A DNA stretch of 64,000 nucleotides from Phoronis australis. Lineage: Eukaryota > Animalia > Phoronida. Under the pieces are notes generated by a model. That model saw only the letters and a list, made by a program, of their open reading frames with translations, made no database searches and was not told the DNA's origin. Position numbers and translations under genes: made by a program. Below, one piece after another: positions 14,698-27,600 of this stretch. The DNA is taken from the NCBI GenBank assembly GCA_002633005.1, contig NMRA01000010.1, positions 62,001-126,000 on the forward strand, given 5' to 3'. The number at the start of each line of letters is the position of its first letter. Within the stretch, counting starts at the first letter, position 1.

Positions 14698-14710
14698 GTC
14701 GCTTAGCAAC
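14698..14710. promoter_or_regulatory. RFX X-box-like motif GTCGCTTAGCAAC
   Basis: Fits GTNRCY-N-RGYAAC and lies about 310 bp upstream of the first coding exon's acceptor. Confidence 0.45.
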
Positions 14711-15094
14711 TGTTCCTGGTGTATATGATTACACTTGTATTAGTATGTCTTGCGAAACATGCGAACAGCCGCTGCTCGCATGTTTAGCAAAACTGCCTAC
14801 AAACGGTGAATAACGGAATACACGTAGCCACTTATTCAAGTGAGCTTTCACTAGAAAACCGTAACACGGTTCTTGGTTATTAACCAGTACTCATTCATAT
14901 CCAAATGAAACAATTTCATTATTAAGTCCACTTTTAACATTACCTTTACAAGTGGAGACTACAGAGCATGAAAAACTAATAAACTTGCTGACACCAAATA
15001 ACGCTCTTTTTCACATAGGTTATCATGAGAGTCGGACTATAAAAGTATTCGTGAGTAATAAAATGCGCGATGCCATGGGAGATATCACCACGCA

Positions 15095-15410
15095 ATGCAG
15101 CCAGATGGACCCGCGACCATGAGCAAATACAGACGCAGCACAGCCCCCCTGGAGAACCGTCAACTCAGCTATTCACAGCGGCACAAGGAGCCTCCCATCA
15201 CTGGGTACCGATCGTCATCTAGAAACTCAGTCACGTGGAGCTGGGGAACGAGAAATTCCTACTCCGAGGTTCAAGCACGTCAACATGGCGGTAGCGAAAT
15301 TCTAGAGCCACCAACATGGCTAAAGCGCAACATGAGCTCCGGGAGACTGGAGACTCAGACAAGAGAACTTTCGGAGTATCTTAAAGAGCAAAGACAGAAA
15401 GAAAGACGGC
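15095..15410 (+). CDS. CNBD2-like coding exon 1 (exon probably starts at acceptor 15019; ATG at 15095)
   Basis: ttttcacatag acceptor at 15018, in-frame upstream TAA at 15059, ORF MQPDG...QKERR, donor C|gtaagt at 15411 (phase 1). Confidence 0.7.
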
Positions 15411-15532
15411 GTAAGTTTTAAGAGATATTTTATTCGATCACCACGACACACAGGTTTGAATGTATCGGTATGTTTGTGTGTGTGTGTGCGTCCGTGCGTG
15501 CGCGTGTGTGTGTGTATGTATGTATGTATATG

Positions 15533-15620
<88 letters not shown>

Positions 15621-18600
15621 CCATTACTCGGAAAAATGAACACGCAAAACTGCATGGCACTGTGGAAATTTCAATTGTCAAAATAAGAAAAGATATGACA
15701 ATCTCTCAGTGAGATTTCACTCAATATTTTCTCTTGGACATTAGTTATCTCAAGTACTCTAGCAGCCGAAACGTATGCGGATAAAAATCTTGGGCTTTCG
15801 CCGCTGTGGATTGCAATCATTGTAACCTAAAATGTGTATGATGTTATTTACAACTAGAGAGACTACATGAACTGAAGCTTAAGAGGAAGGAAGCGCGCAG
15901 GTTGACACGTAGTAGAACGCCTGGGGTCGACGATGACGTCGACAGTGAACCAGACGACGACCTGGCGGTAAGTGAACAGTCTGCGACCACTGCTCGGGCG
16001 TAGTCGACTATATTTTACGTACTCGCATATACACATGTGGGCGCGAATTCCTGTCACCATTGTCCGACCAGCGTCTGCTTTCTATTTCCAAATTTCCTCG
16101 ATGGATCTTCGCGAACATTTTCAAACATATTATCTGATAGAGATAACGCCATGCTTGAAAATTTCTTATTGATACCATTACTACTTTAGCTTTAGTCAAA
16201 ATTTTATTTTCCTATCCAGCTCCATATATATTTAGCTACCACGCTCCTCTGTTTCTTGGACTAACATGTTTCTATGGACGAGAGGATGGCACGAGTGTGG
16301 TTATTTTGGAGCCCTTAATCATAATTTTACTTCCTTTTGTGCCTGCCTCAATATCAACCCAGTTCAAAACTTTATGAGTGGCGTTCCCCGGTGCAATTTT
16401 TATGTTTTGATTCTGTTTCGTGGCAAACTACCAGTACCAAACTGCGCCGTGTAATTGCTTCTATTCCAATATGTCAAGTTAGTTTGCCTTGGCAGGTGTG
16501 TTTTTGTCATGAAGAGAGACGGCATCCGTCATGCAACTTTCGGGCAGATCAACCCTGCACTGCGCCCCCTTGAGACAATTTCAATATTTTGTTGTCCATG
16601 TGTTGCCAAACTGCTAGACGGGTCAATAAAAATTTGGAAGCGTTCGTTTTGAGGATTTAACTACTACTGTATCCTTATCATGTCAAATACCAAAACAATC
16701 GCCTCTCACACATACAACCCCAGTTTATAACAAATCCTACATTGCAGGAACTTAAATTGGTCTAATTTGTAAACAAAAGCAAAGAAAGAGTTCTACCTCA
16801 AAATTACGAGATGCTTCAACCATGTCCGTCCCGACACTAAATGACCAATTCAATGAAATTTTCGTCACTAGTTAACAGATTTCTTCAATTCTGATTGCCC
16901 ACCTATGTTTATTATGCAACTTGTACAACTTTACCGTTAATTTGCATTTTGACATCGCTTAGTGATACAGCCTCCAAAACTAAGACCAGTATATTTGATT
17001 TCATAGACTAAGCAAGAATCAACTATAGACCATAATTTATCGTCAGTAGAAAGATTATGATTGTTTGTCAGAAGATTATAGTCTCACCTATCACATGCGC
17101 ATGCGTAGATTTTTCTTTTCATTACGTTTTCATAGATACTCTGAAATTTACCTGTTACTCATCTCAATAACTACACAAGATCATATTTACACAGTGGTGA
17201 GTTGTTTCCTCCGAATCAGAGCGGCGATAGACTCTTGCAAGTTAACATCAATTGTCCAGAATGTTCAGGTAAAGTAGGATTTCTTGCGATAAGTTGCCTC
17301 TTAGTTCATTGAGGCAGTCATGGAGCAGCAGTTCATATCAGCGTGCTCGGTTAGACCATAAAGAGTTACAGCTCCACAAATGTAGATCGTCCTAGAACAA
17401 AACGTATCATTGCTCCAGAGGTTTGCAAGTTGCACAAACTGTCGTAACCTTCAAATTAGGACAGTTTATCAGATGATCGAAGAAGAAATTGTTGTAATTC
17501 TGAAAACGAGCTGCAACAACGCAACAACAACGATTTATCAACAGCATGAGGAAATACAGTACTTATAACTTAGTCATGGAGTAGTATCAGTCACAGAACA
17601 GTCATTTGCATCACCTATGTTTGGTTTCATGACGCATGTGACTTCCGTGTCTGTATAATGAAGTCATCCTCGCCAACATCACAGTTTCTGTCAACATCAT
17701 CATGCCGTCAACATCGTCATACTGTCAACCTCGTCATATTGCCAAAATCGACATACTGTCAATCTCCTCATAGTGTCAACCTCGTCATACTGTCAACCTT
17801 GTCATAAGTGCCGTTTACACTTACAAAGTTGACACGGATCAGCTGACACGAAACCAGTTGTTCCAGTGTGTAAACGGACTGACACGGCGCAAATTTACAC
17901 CGCGGTGACAAATTTTTGCCACCCGTTTGTGAGGTGCAGTAATTTGCGCCCGAACATCTTGTGCCATGTCAATTATAAGTCTAAACGCGAAACTGGAGTA
18001 AGGCGGAAAGGATCATCTCTACTACGCTTGTGCAATGACCTACGTATGGGTTCTTTGTCTCTGCAACTCTCTTCATTTGTAAACCTGTGCATGTGCGATC
18101 CAGTCTCTCCAGCCTTTAATTTCCGTCTTGCCATGGTTAGTGAGTTGTGTGTGTAAACGGCCGCTGGACGCGGGTCAATTTGCTCCGTGTCAGTTGGGCC
18201 GCCAAAAGTTGATGTCTAAACGTGACTATGCTGTCAACATCGTCATACCGTCAACCTCAACATACCGTCAACCTCGTCGTACTGTCAACATCCTCATACT
18301 GTCAACATCGTCATACTGTCAACATCGACATACTGTTAACCTCGCCATATTGTGAATATCGACATACTGTCAACATCGCCATGCTGTTAACTTCGACATA
18401 GTACTGTCAGCATCACCGCCATGTCAACCTCGTCATAATGTCAACCTTGTCATACCGTCAACATCAACATACTGTCAACCTGGTCACACTGTCAACATCG
18501 TCATACTGTCAACCTCGTCATACTGTCAACGTCGACATATTTTCAACCTCGTCATACTGTCAACATCAACATTCTGTCAACATCATCATACTGTCAACAT

Positions 18601-21600
18601 TGTCATGCTGTTAACATCATAATGTCAACATCGTCATACTGTCAACATCGTCATACTGTCAACCTCATCATACTGTCAACATTGTCAAGCTGTCAACATC
18701 GTCATACTGTCAACCCCGAAATTTCAGAGGTTAGGGTTAGGACTAGGATTGGCCAAACCAAATATGCTCTAAAAGGTTTTCTTGGGTCACTGATATTTTC
18801 GATGTTCTTTATGGTACTTGACTTACAGTCCTATAACGGTAAGGGGGGTAGTGGGACTAATTTTACGAGTGTAAAATGTCTAATTTGATGTTCGTTTTGA
18901 GTCCCTTAAACTATAAGCGAAATGCAACGTTAAATGCAAACAAAGAAATCAAGTAAAGAGTGGAAGTCATTTGAGAACTGCCAGAGATACAATTAAGGTT
19001 GTGTACCGCTTCACGTTGCACAAGATTGATGCCATTTGAGAACTCCCAGAGATACAATTAAGGTTGTATACCGCTACACGTTGCATAAGATTGATGCCAT
19101 TTGATAACTCCCAGAGATACAATTAAGGTTGTGTACCGCTACACGTTGCACAAGATTGATGCCATTTGATAACTCCCAGAGATACAATTAAGGTTGTGTA
19201 CCGCTACACGTTGCACAAGATTGATGCCATTTTAATTGAATGTGTACTTTATGACGACATGATAACAATTTAAGATAGTAAGGAAATTGTACTTTGATCT
19301 ACCTTTTGAAAATGTACAGGTGAAATGTTATTAATTGTTGGCAGGAGAGACGATATACATGTTGGAACGCAATTCTTATGTTGTGCTGTAGTGTGTGTTG
19401 GGCTGAGGTCTCGTGTACAACAACGAAATAATCTGAAATTAAAAAATGCAGATCATATATAAAAACTATGTTTCTCACGGATTATCCTTTTCCATTGACA
19501 TACACTGACTTTACATATAGTTGTTACTTTTGATAAATATATGTGTTATCTACAGGTTCAGATGTATTTAAGTAAAATAGCTCCTAATAAAGATAAGTCA
19601 TACTGCAATCTAAGTCACATCTTGTACGTGACACTCACTTAACCATATATCAAACCTTCGCGCAAATTTGCTAGGCCTGATATTAATTATACAGTGACAC
19701 GCATAAGCTCTATCAGAATTTTTTTTTGTTAATATTTTCCTGTACTGTTCAAATTTCCGATGATCTGATTATAGAAGCTCTTGCTTTCGTTGGGTACAAA
19801 GTTCAATACACGCAGGTTTTATTGTATTTCTTTTGACCATTTTATTTTTTTGTAGCCTTTCGAAAGGTTTCGCCGTGCTGCAAGAGTAGTCAGGCTTATG
19901 ATTCACACTTGTAAAGTTTGCAAAGAGTAAGTATTCCTTCAACGTTTGCCCGTAAAGGAGTTTGAAATGTTATAACCTTGGAATGTTTTGTTTGGTTGTA
20001 CTGTTTACGCAAAATGTTGCTTGCTTAAACGGCAACTACAACACCAGCAACTGGTCCATGTGCAAGACGTTGGTATTTGCATGCATACAGAATAGTCTTG
20101 GCTCCTACACTGTGTCGCATTGCGCAGGCAGGTGAATGTCGAAAAAAGCTATGCCAGTCACGAGATCTGGACATCTCCTCGAGTTTTTGAATTTACCCTT
20201 GGGTAGCCATTATCGAGTTCACATCTGGCGCTTGTAAGATGCCAGTTGCAATATCTTGGATTGTTTCGTAATGCAAAACATTTCTGAGATAATTTCAGAG
20301 AAAAATCTTGACTAATGGAACTTTGATACATGGGCGGCGCACCATGGGGGGGTGGGGGGAGGGGGGCTGGAGGGCTTTAGCTGTGCCGCCCATGAAATAG
20401 CGAGTCTACTCCCATAGTCTGACAGTTTAGCTTCTCCGTCCAACCGCTTCTGTTGCATCAACGCTAGTTTGGTCTCGAAATTACCTGCAAACCACTCGCC
20501 TTTTTGTCACGTGTTTTTTCTTAGTCTTGCGTCATGCCGCCAGCCTCTAACCCAGACTTTCTTATACATGTACAACAATAGCCGGGCTCGAGACTAGTCG
20601 CAAGAAGCTCGCTCGTTGTAGTCACCATATTGCGAGACGGACATTTCCTTTAGTCACAGCTTTATTTACATGGAAGCGTGGACTTTTGGATTGTCACTCG
20701 CGTGTATGCGCACCAGTGCGCATGCCTTGGTTTGGACGTTGTTCTGATACATATAGTAGGAAATGAGTCGGAAAAGTGCAATGAAGCGAGTTGTTTGACG
20801 CCTTTGCAATTTTGCGAGCATCAAAATATGTATTGCAAATCAAAAATATTTCTAAACAAATTAAGCAGTATACACGTGCATTTTTCAACATCAGCCAATC
20901 GGAATGACCGGATGTTAAGTCGTTCTTCTAACAAATGAGAAGCCATGTCACATGATAAATCTATAATGCTACCTGTCGTAGCAATGACAAAGAGTGTAGC
21001 TCTGCGCAATGCCTATCTTGTCTTGCATACATGAACGTGCAGTTCACAACAGTACTTTCTGAGTAGCATGCAATCAATGTCCAATGCTATTAGTAGCTGT
21101 GGTGTTCAGTTTTTGAAACCCTTCTGGCAAATTAAATCGGTTGTTTTGTCTTTCGCGCGAAACACCAGCGAAATCTTTCCTACTTTCAACTACGTCGTAG
21201 TCTTACTCTGGTGAGGTATTAGACTTTTAACATACTTCTATATTGCAGAAGTCTCGTGTATTCCCTCATGGACGAGAGTTGGTACCAAATGGTTGGAGAT
21301 CTCGTCAATGAAGCCGAACGTAACGTAAGGCCACACGGGAAGTCTTTCGTAACGTTTGTTGCTAATGAGAACCATGAGCTTGAACAACTTGAATTTGATG
21401 TGGGCGAATTCAAAAAGGACTACAACAAGTCAGAGGTTAGTTGAACAAAGAAGTTATCGTTTTCTATGCATGTATGTAAAAGGATTTTGTCTAGACAAAA
21501 TGCGCGAGAAAACGTGATCAAAATGTGATGTTGACGGTTTGGCTATGAAGCCAGATCATAATACAGTTATTAATAAAACTCAGGGGCCGCGGTTTGATCC

Positions 21601-24600
21601 TTGTACTCAAAAGTGAACTCGAAATGATTTTTTGCAGTTTTTGATCTTGTTTTGTGAGAATTCAAGATAATTTAAGTTTCGGTTATCCTGTGCTCGAGTA
21701 CGTTATGGTTTACACCTATGAGTTTCTAGGCCAAGTTCGCACTAGGTGACGCCTAGATTCAAGCTACTACCTCGAGTAAAATTTCTAGATTTCGAGTATG
21801 AACTTAAAATTTCGAGTTCAGACTGGGGTCATCACGAATAAACTAGAATCACATAATAATTACCCACGTAAGCCATTGTGCACTTACTTATTTCTAATAG
21901 TAAATAACAGAGGTCCTACATTTTGTAGACCAGTTTACTCCACTGCTGAATAACCGGCAACTGCTTCTCAATATAAGGGGGCCCTGCAAGTGACGAATGT
22001 CCACTTATCTTGAGCAGAATAGAAAATCCTAAAAATAATTTCGAGATCAATTTCTAGTAACACTGTTAGATTTCGGGGCCAGAATGCGATGCTCTACATG
22101 TAAGGTTCATTACATTTGCAAATCTACGCCGATCACTAATTTTGTTTTTTACGCTTGAAAAGACAGAGATGTGAAACTACGTACATGTAATAATACAGAC
22201 TCTATACCCTGGTAGTTGCACATCTCTGACGATGATACAGGAGTACATGTACGCTTACACTTGAAAAGTCAATCAACGCTGCCCCCTGGTGCAAAGACCG
22301 TTGGTAATCCGCATGGCCAACTTGCCAACCGATAGTTGTTGCCGGGACCTGGCGTTAATTTTTGACTGAAAATATACTGAAAACCAGAAAACCCAATTGG
22401 TTCAGACTTATCTACCCAATCTTTATGGTCAGGTGACCAGTACATGTAATTTTCATATTTAGGACAAAAACTGAACGGAGGGTAATTGCTGACGTGGCAG
22501 TAGAGGGAGCTGTTTCCATACATGTTGAGTGGTACTCCCAATTTTATCTGTCAAAAATAAATCTGTTGGGCAGTTCCATTACAGGGCCATTGCCCGTACG
22601 CCGGTCTACGACATCCACAAGTGATTGATTGCCTAGTTTACCCTCTGCCTCTGCAACTAGCAAAATGAGTAATCCGGCCATCTTGAATCTTCCCACATAG
22701 CATCTTTTGGAAGTCTTGTAGTGAAATTTTCAAGGTTCTTACTTTCCGACCTAAATGCTTTGCTAAATCAGTCAAACATTGCAACGGTGTCTCACCTCTT
22801 TCGTAAAAGTAGCACATCTGTGACCATTCGTGTTTGTATTGCTAATGTGCTCCGGCTCTGTCCGGTAGCATGTTTTCGAGCAGAATCCGAGGTGCGGCGC
22901 TGTTCTTCTTGTCCAAGCCTTTGCTCCCTAGCCATTGTCTTGTCACTGTACCGGCTCTCCATTTCTAATCTGTCAAAAACACAAAAAATAGTTTTCAGGG
23001 TCACTGCCTGAGAAAGTTGGCAGCCTAAACTGTGAACAAGGCAAATCACAGATTGTTTTATATATGTAACTACCATGTTGTGATGAAAAGCCATAATAGT
23101 TTTCGTTATAAAGTCGTGGTTTGTTAAAGAGATGGAACTCCCTCAAATTCGGGTTGTGTAAGGTAAGGGGACGTGAGAGATTTACACCATAATCAATTTA
23201 CGGTGCCTAAGAATTCAATTAACATTTAAGATCACTTAGAAAACACACCATAATTAACTCTGTCGAGCGATAAAGCAGTTTGGAAAGGTTGTACATTAGT
23301 GAAAGAAAAAATTCGAATTGTTTAAATGTCTACAACTCTTGAAGAGAGTATACAGAATTTACCTACATTTTCAAACTAATGGCAATGATCAGAAGTAAAA
23401 ACCTGCTGTAGTAAATTCAAAATGAAGTTCCGGAATCATCGATCTTGATTCAGAACGCAGTTCATGTGAGTTAAGAGCAGCCAGCAGAATGGAAGGCATG
23501 GTAGACAGTCGCCACCAACCAAGTACAATATGTTGCGCTACCTATGTTGAGATGCCTGGTGTTCGTTGTTTTTTTATTTTTAATGTTTATTACGAAATCT
23601 TCAGAATACAATGAATATACATAACACAGAAAGGTGTTCGTTGTCAGTGCATAAGTCGTCAAATTGCAACAGTTCATAGTCTTAAAACGGTGTGCACTAT
23701 AGAGATTTATATATTTCCATGCATGTTATGCATGACCGCTGCGCTAACATTAGTTTAATTGGTGGCTCTGCAATGTCATTATGTTAGAATCTGAATGCAA
23801 TGACTTTTATTCAAGACAAAATGAAACTTGATTCCGGCTTAACTTTTATTCACCCCTCACCCGACTTGAGGTTATTTTCGATTATTATAACTTGACATTT
23901 CATAAAGATAAAAACTCCTATTTTCATAGCCCTCTTGCAAAAGGGGAACATTTCAAAACAATTCCTGACAGAATTTTGCTGAACGGTGGATAAAATATAT
24001 TATCTGAAATTTTCATATGAATGTGATCAGCCATTTTTTGACATAGCATTCATTTACAATGACCTGAAGACGATATTTCACGGTGACAAAGTGGAGGTGA
24101 CAATCCGAACACACAGGGCCTTTTGTTGCAGTATTAACGGAGAGTGCCACCCCAAAACAACCTATTTTACATCAATTTAGATCGAGTACTTCCACTCGAT
24201 AACAGCAAGTTCAGTTCTTTTACCTGACACCTGACGGCAGACGGAGGTGTTGAAATTAACCAAAGATGTCACAGGTTCGAACGCTGTCTGTTCAGCAGTT
24301 CATCACACCCTTGCTGGTGTCAGCCTATAGCTTGAATTCATTGTTTTACACCTATAAATCATCAAAATTCGACGTAAAACCCGTACAAACACATTGAGCT
24401 CATGAACAAACGTATTGTTTTATTATTTCGAAAAAAAACATAGCTATATATTGTAATTTTAGTCTTGCAATTTTTTCACTTCTAAACACACAAAACGCTT
24501 GTTATCCCGGCCAGTGACTCGGAAGCCAATCACGCCTGTCGCAGCCAGACTGAAGACATCACGAACATAAACCAGCCAAAGTCACGAAAGACTATACTTG

Positions 24601-27600
24601 TGAGCCAAAGAAATAATGTGCACCTGACCATTTTGGTAAATTAGCCGCGAAACTGCATGCAAATCTACTCACTCGTCGGGGGCCACTAAGTGCAGCCTCC
24701 CCTTCCACAGAACCGTCAGGGAAAAAGCATGCGCGCACCCGGGGGGGTCGGGGGGGGGCTCGAACGAGGCTCCCATTTGGTGAAGTGGGCAAAAATGTCC
24801 GCCACAGAGAAACAAAAGTCCCAGAAAAAGAGACAAAGTCCACCAAAAGGACGCAGACGCACAGTTCACAGTTCTGATGGTGGTACCCCTTTTCTTATTT
24901 TAGTCCTGCCGCTGTTTTTTCAGCAAAAGGTCCAAGTCGTCAGAAATTCGAGCCCCCCACATTAAAGGCTGGGTGCGCGCATGAAAAGTTGTACAGTAAC
25001 AAAGATGTGAATAATGTAAATGTATATCTAAATAAAGATTTCCTTTACTTCTGACCATAGCATATAAAATCGAGTTATTGTTTCACAACAGGTTTCTGTC
25101 AGCAAACACTGAATCAGCATGCGCTCACTTGCCTTGGTGTCCGGTCAATTAGTTTATTGTATGTGAAGCCGGTAACGCAGTGATTTATTCATTGTTGACT
25201 CCTCAAAACATTTGGACTCACGGACACTCCAAAGGTATTACAAATAGTATCTAATGAGAAAGGCTTTGACACTATGTTTCAGTGTTATATCAGCATTGGT
25301 TAGAGTGGGAATAATTCATTTTGAAATAGAACGCACTGTCATAAACGTCAACATGGCAATTGCAATCCCGACTTAGACGAGTACTCATTATTTTTTTTTC
25401 TGCCCTGTCATGACCTGCTTGGTATGTGAAATCACTGTAGACGAAATGCCGGTCACAGACACGGAAACTTTGTTTCGCGGCCTCATACTTGGTATTAACG
25501 GCGTACTTTTCATTCTTCACTGCCGCGAGCCACTTCCGAAGCATTTCGGGCTTTCGAGGAAATCGAAAATACGATACACCCGCTTTCCTCGCTGCTTCAT
25601 AGTTCGCACAAGCGGGAAAGATACACTACGCCATATCGGCACTCGCTCTGCAGAAGAACCACTGACGCAGCTGCGTCGTTTACTCACCTTCCTCACAGGT
25701 TAATGAGACACCTCTCGGCGAGGTAAGATCTACCGTATACGAGGTGATGTGGATATAAACCGATTAAGACGGTAAAAACACTAAATTTGGTGGCATTCTC
25801 CTTTAACACTGAAAACACGTTGTTAACTTTGAAGTAAACAAAGTTGGTCTTGATCAATGTCTAAAAGAAGTCGTTTAAAGTCCATGACACATATCGGATG
25901 TCATCGAAGCTGTAAATCTGTTAGACAGACGTGTTTTCAGAAAACACGAAGAGTTATTTCTAAAGACTCGATCGCTTATAATACCCGAAAACGCATTTTG
26001 GACTATTGTTATGTAGGATACATTTAATGAAGTTATTAGCTTTGGTCAGAGTCAAAAAAAGCAAATTCCGTATTTGTGATTTTATTTTAAATAAACGATT
26101 CTCGCCAAAGGCTAGAATTAATTGAAATCGAAACCATTGACCTGGAGTAAAATATTCTAATGCTCAGCTGTTTGCCGCATTGGGTTTTATTATCTGCAAC
26201 AGTTGAGGTCGTGGGTTAGGATCCGTTTTGGGCTTGATCTCAATACGCTACACCGTTGTCAATCATGTCACTTTAAGTTTCAAATTTTTGGCAGAAAGTT
26301 TTACTTGCTCATGGGCTGCTAACACAACTATAAGGTACGCATAAAAATGTATTACCGTTATCTACCACGGTACACTCCTTCCATCCGAAATTGACCTCTG
26401 CTTTGATACCTTTTCTGCGCCATGGGTCGAAAGTTTGGTAATAGTTGCAAAATCAATAAAATGACCCTGCTATATAGTGGTGTCTAACTTATCTGTCTTC
26501 AGCAGTCATCAGACATGAATGGCGAGATCGCTTTTTCTGTGTTTCGTGTCTGAGGTTGGTGGTTGGCTCAATATAAAGCCTAGTCGACAATTGATTATTC
26601 CCGGCACTACAAAACATTTGTGATTTAGACCACTTGTAGTTACGAAATTGGTCTCAAATTGTTCCTTAATCAAATTATTCCTTAATCAAATTGTTCCATA
26701 ATCAAATTGTTCCGTTTAGCAGACTTTGAAAAGAAATTTCAAATTTCCTTCCAAACGTTTGAGATTTGCAGACGTTACAGAGGTGAGAGTTTTGGGCCTT
26801 TTTAGAGAACTGGATGGGAAAGGCGTGTGGGTCGCCTTTTAAAGGGCTAAAACTGGGCTTAGTATCCCTTTCACTAATGAGATTCATGTACCTATTAAAG
26901 CCACTGTAAACGATGTTCTTGTGCCTAAAGCCCTTGCGTCACAAACATGTCTTGTAAAGCAACGCCATCAAAATAGGATTTTCTTGAATATTGAAACTGA
27001 GAGCAATTAAACGCCTGGAACTCCCAATCAGTACCTTACGTGGTTGCTTTGGCAGCTCAAACTAACCCGCCATGGCAAGCAATGTTTGAATCACTAATCA
27101 GTTTTTCACAGTTTAGAAATCATTTCTAACCCGAGTTTGCGATAATTCAGACCTGTTCTATAATTGTAAGTGGTCTCAATAGAAAGTTGTTCTTGAAAGC
27201 GGTGCGATTTTATTTTACCTTTGAAGTCAGTTTTGAGAAAACAGTAAACATTACACAAGAGCTCGTTTCACCGACTATAGAGGTCGTCATGATGTCGGTA
27301 GTTTTTGCAACTTGTCCGTATTAGTTTTAGGTGCACATTACAGTCAAAATCATGACTCTTCCGAGCTGAGCACATAGCTAGTGGAGAGACACCTACAGGA
27401 GAGGCTGTGAACATTGAGGAATTACTGTACATCAAGAACACATTGAACCATGAACTTGGAAGCGGAGAGCGGTATCTTGACAAGCAAATAGTTCACAAGA
27501 GACTCAATCATTTCTCAGATGGCGCGTTTCCCCTGATGACAGACTCTTCTGTGACAGGTGCTCTTCCCGTCACTGAAGAACAATTAGATACTCACGTGAC

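Larger units (their letters stand above)
24138..25802. mobile_element. Non-autonomous Kolobok-type DNA transposon, copy 1
   Basis: TTAA on both sides, TIRs CGGAGAGTGCCACC / GGTGGCATTCTCCT, colinear homology with 35756-37378, and an internal THAP remnant. Confidence 0.85.

Noticed and set aside
15430-15681. ORF with IYIYIY runs
   Set aside because: Translation of a microsatellite.
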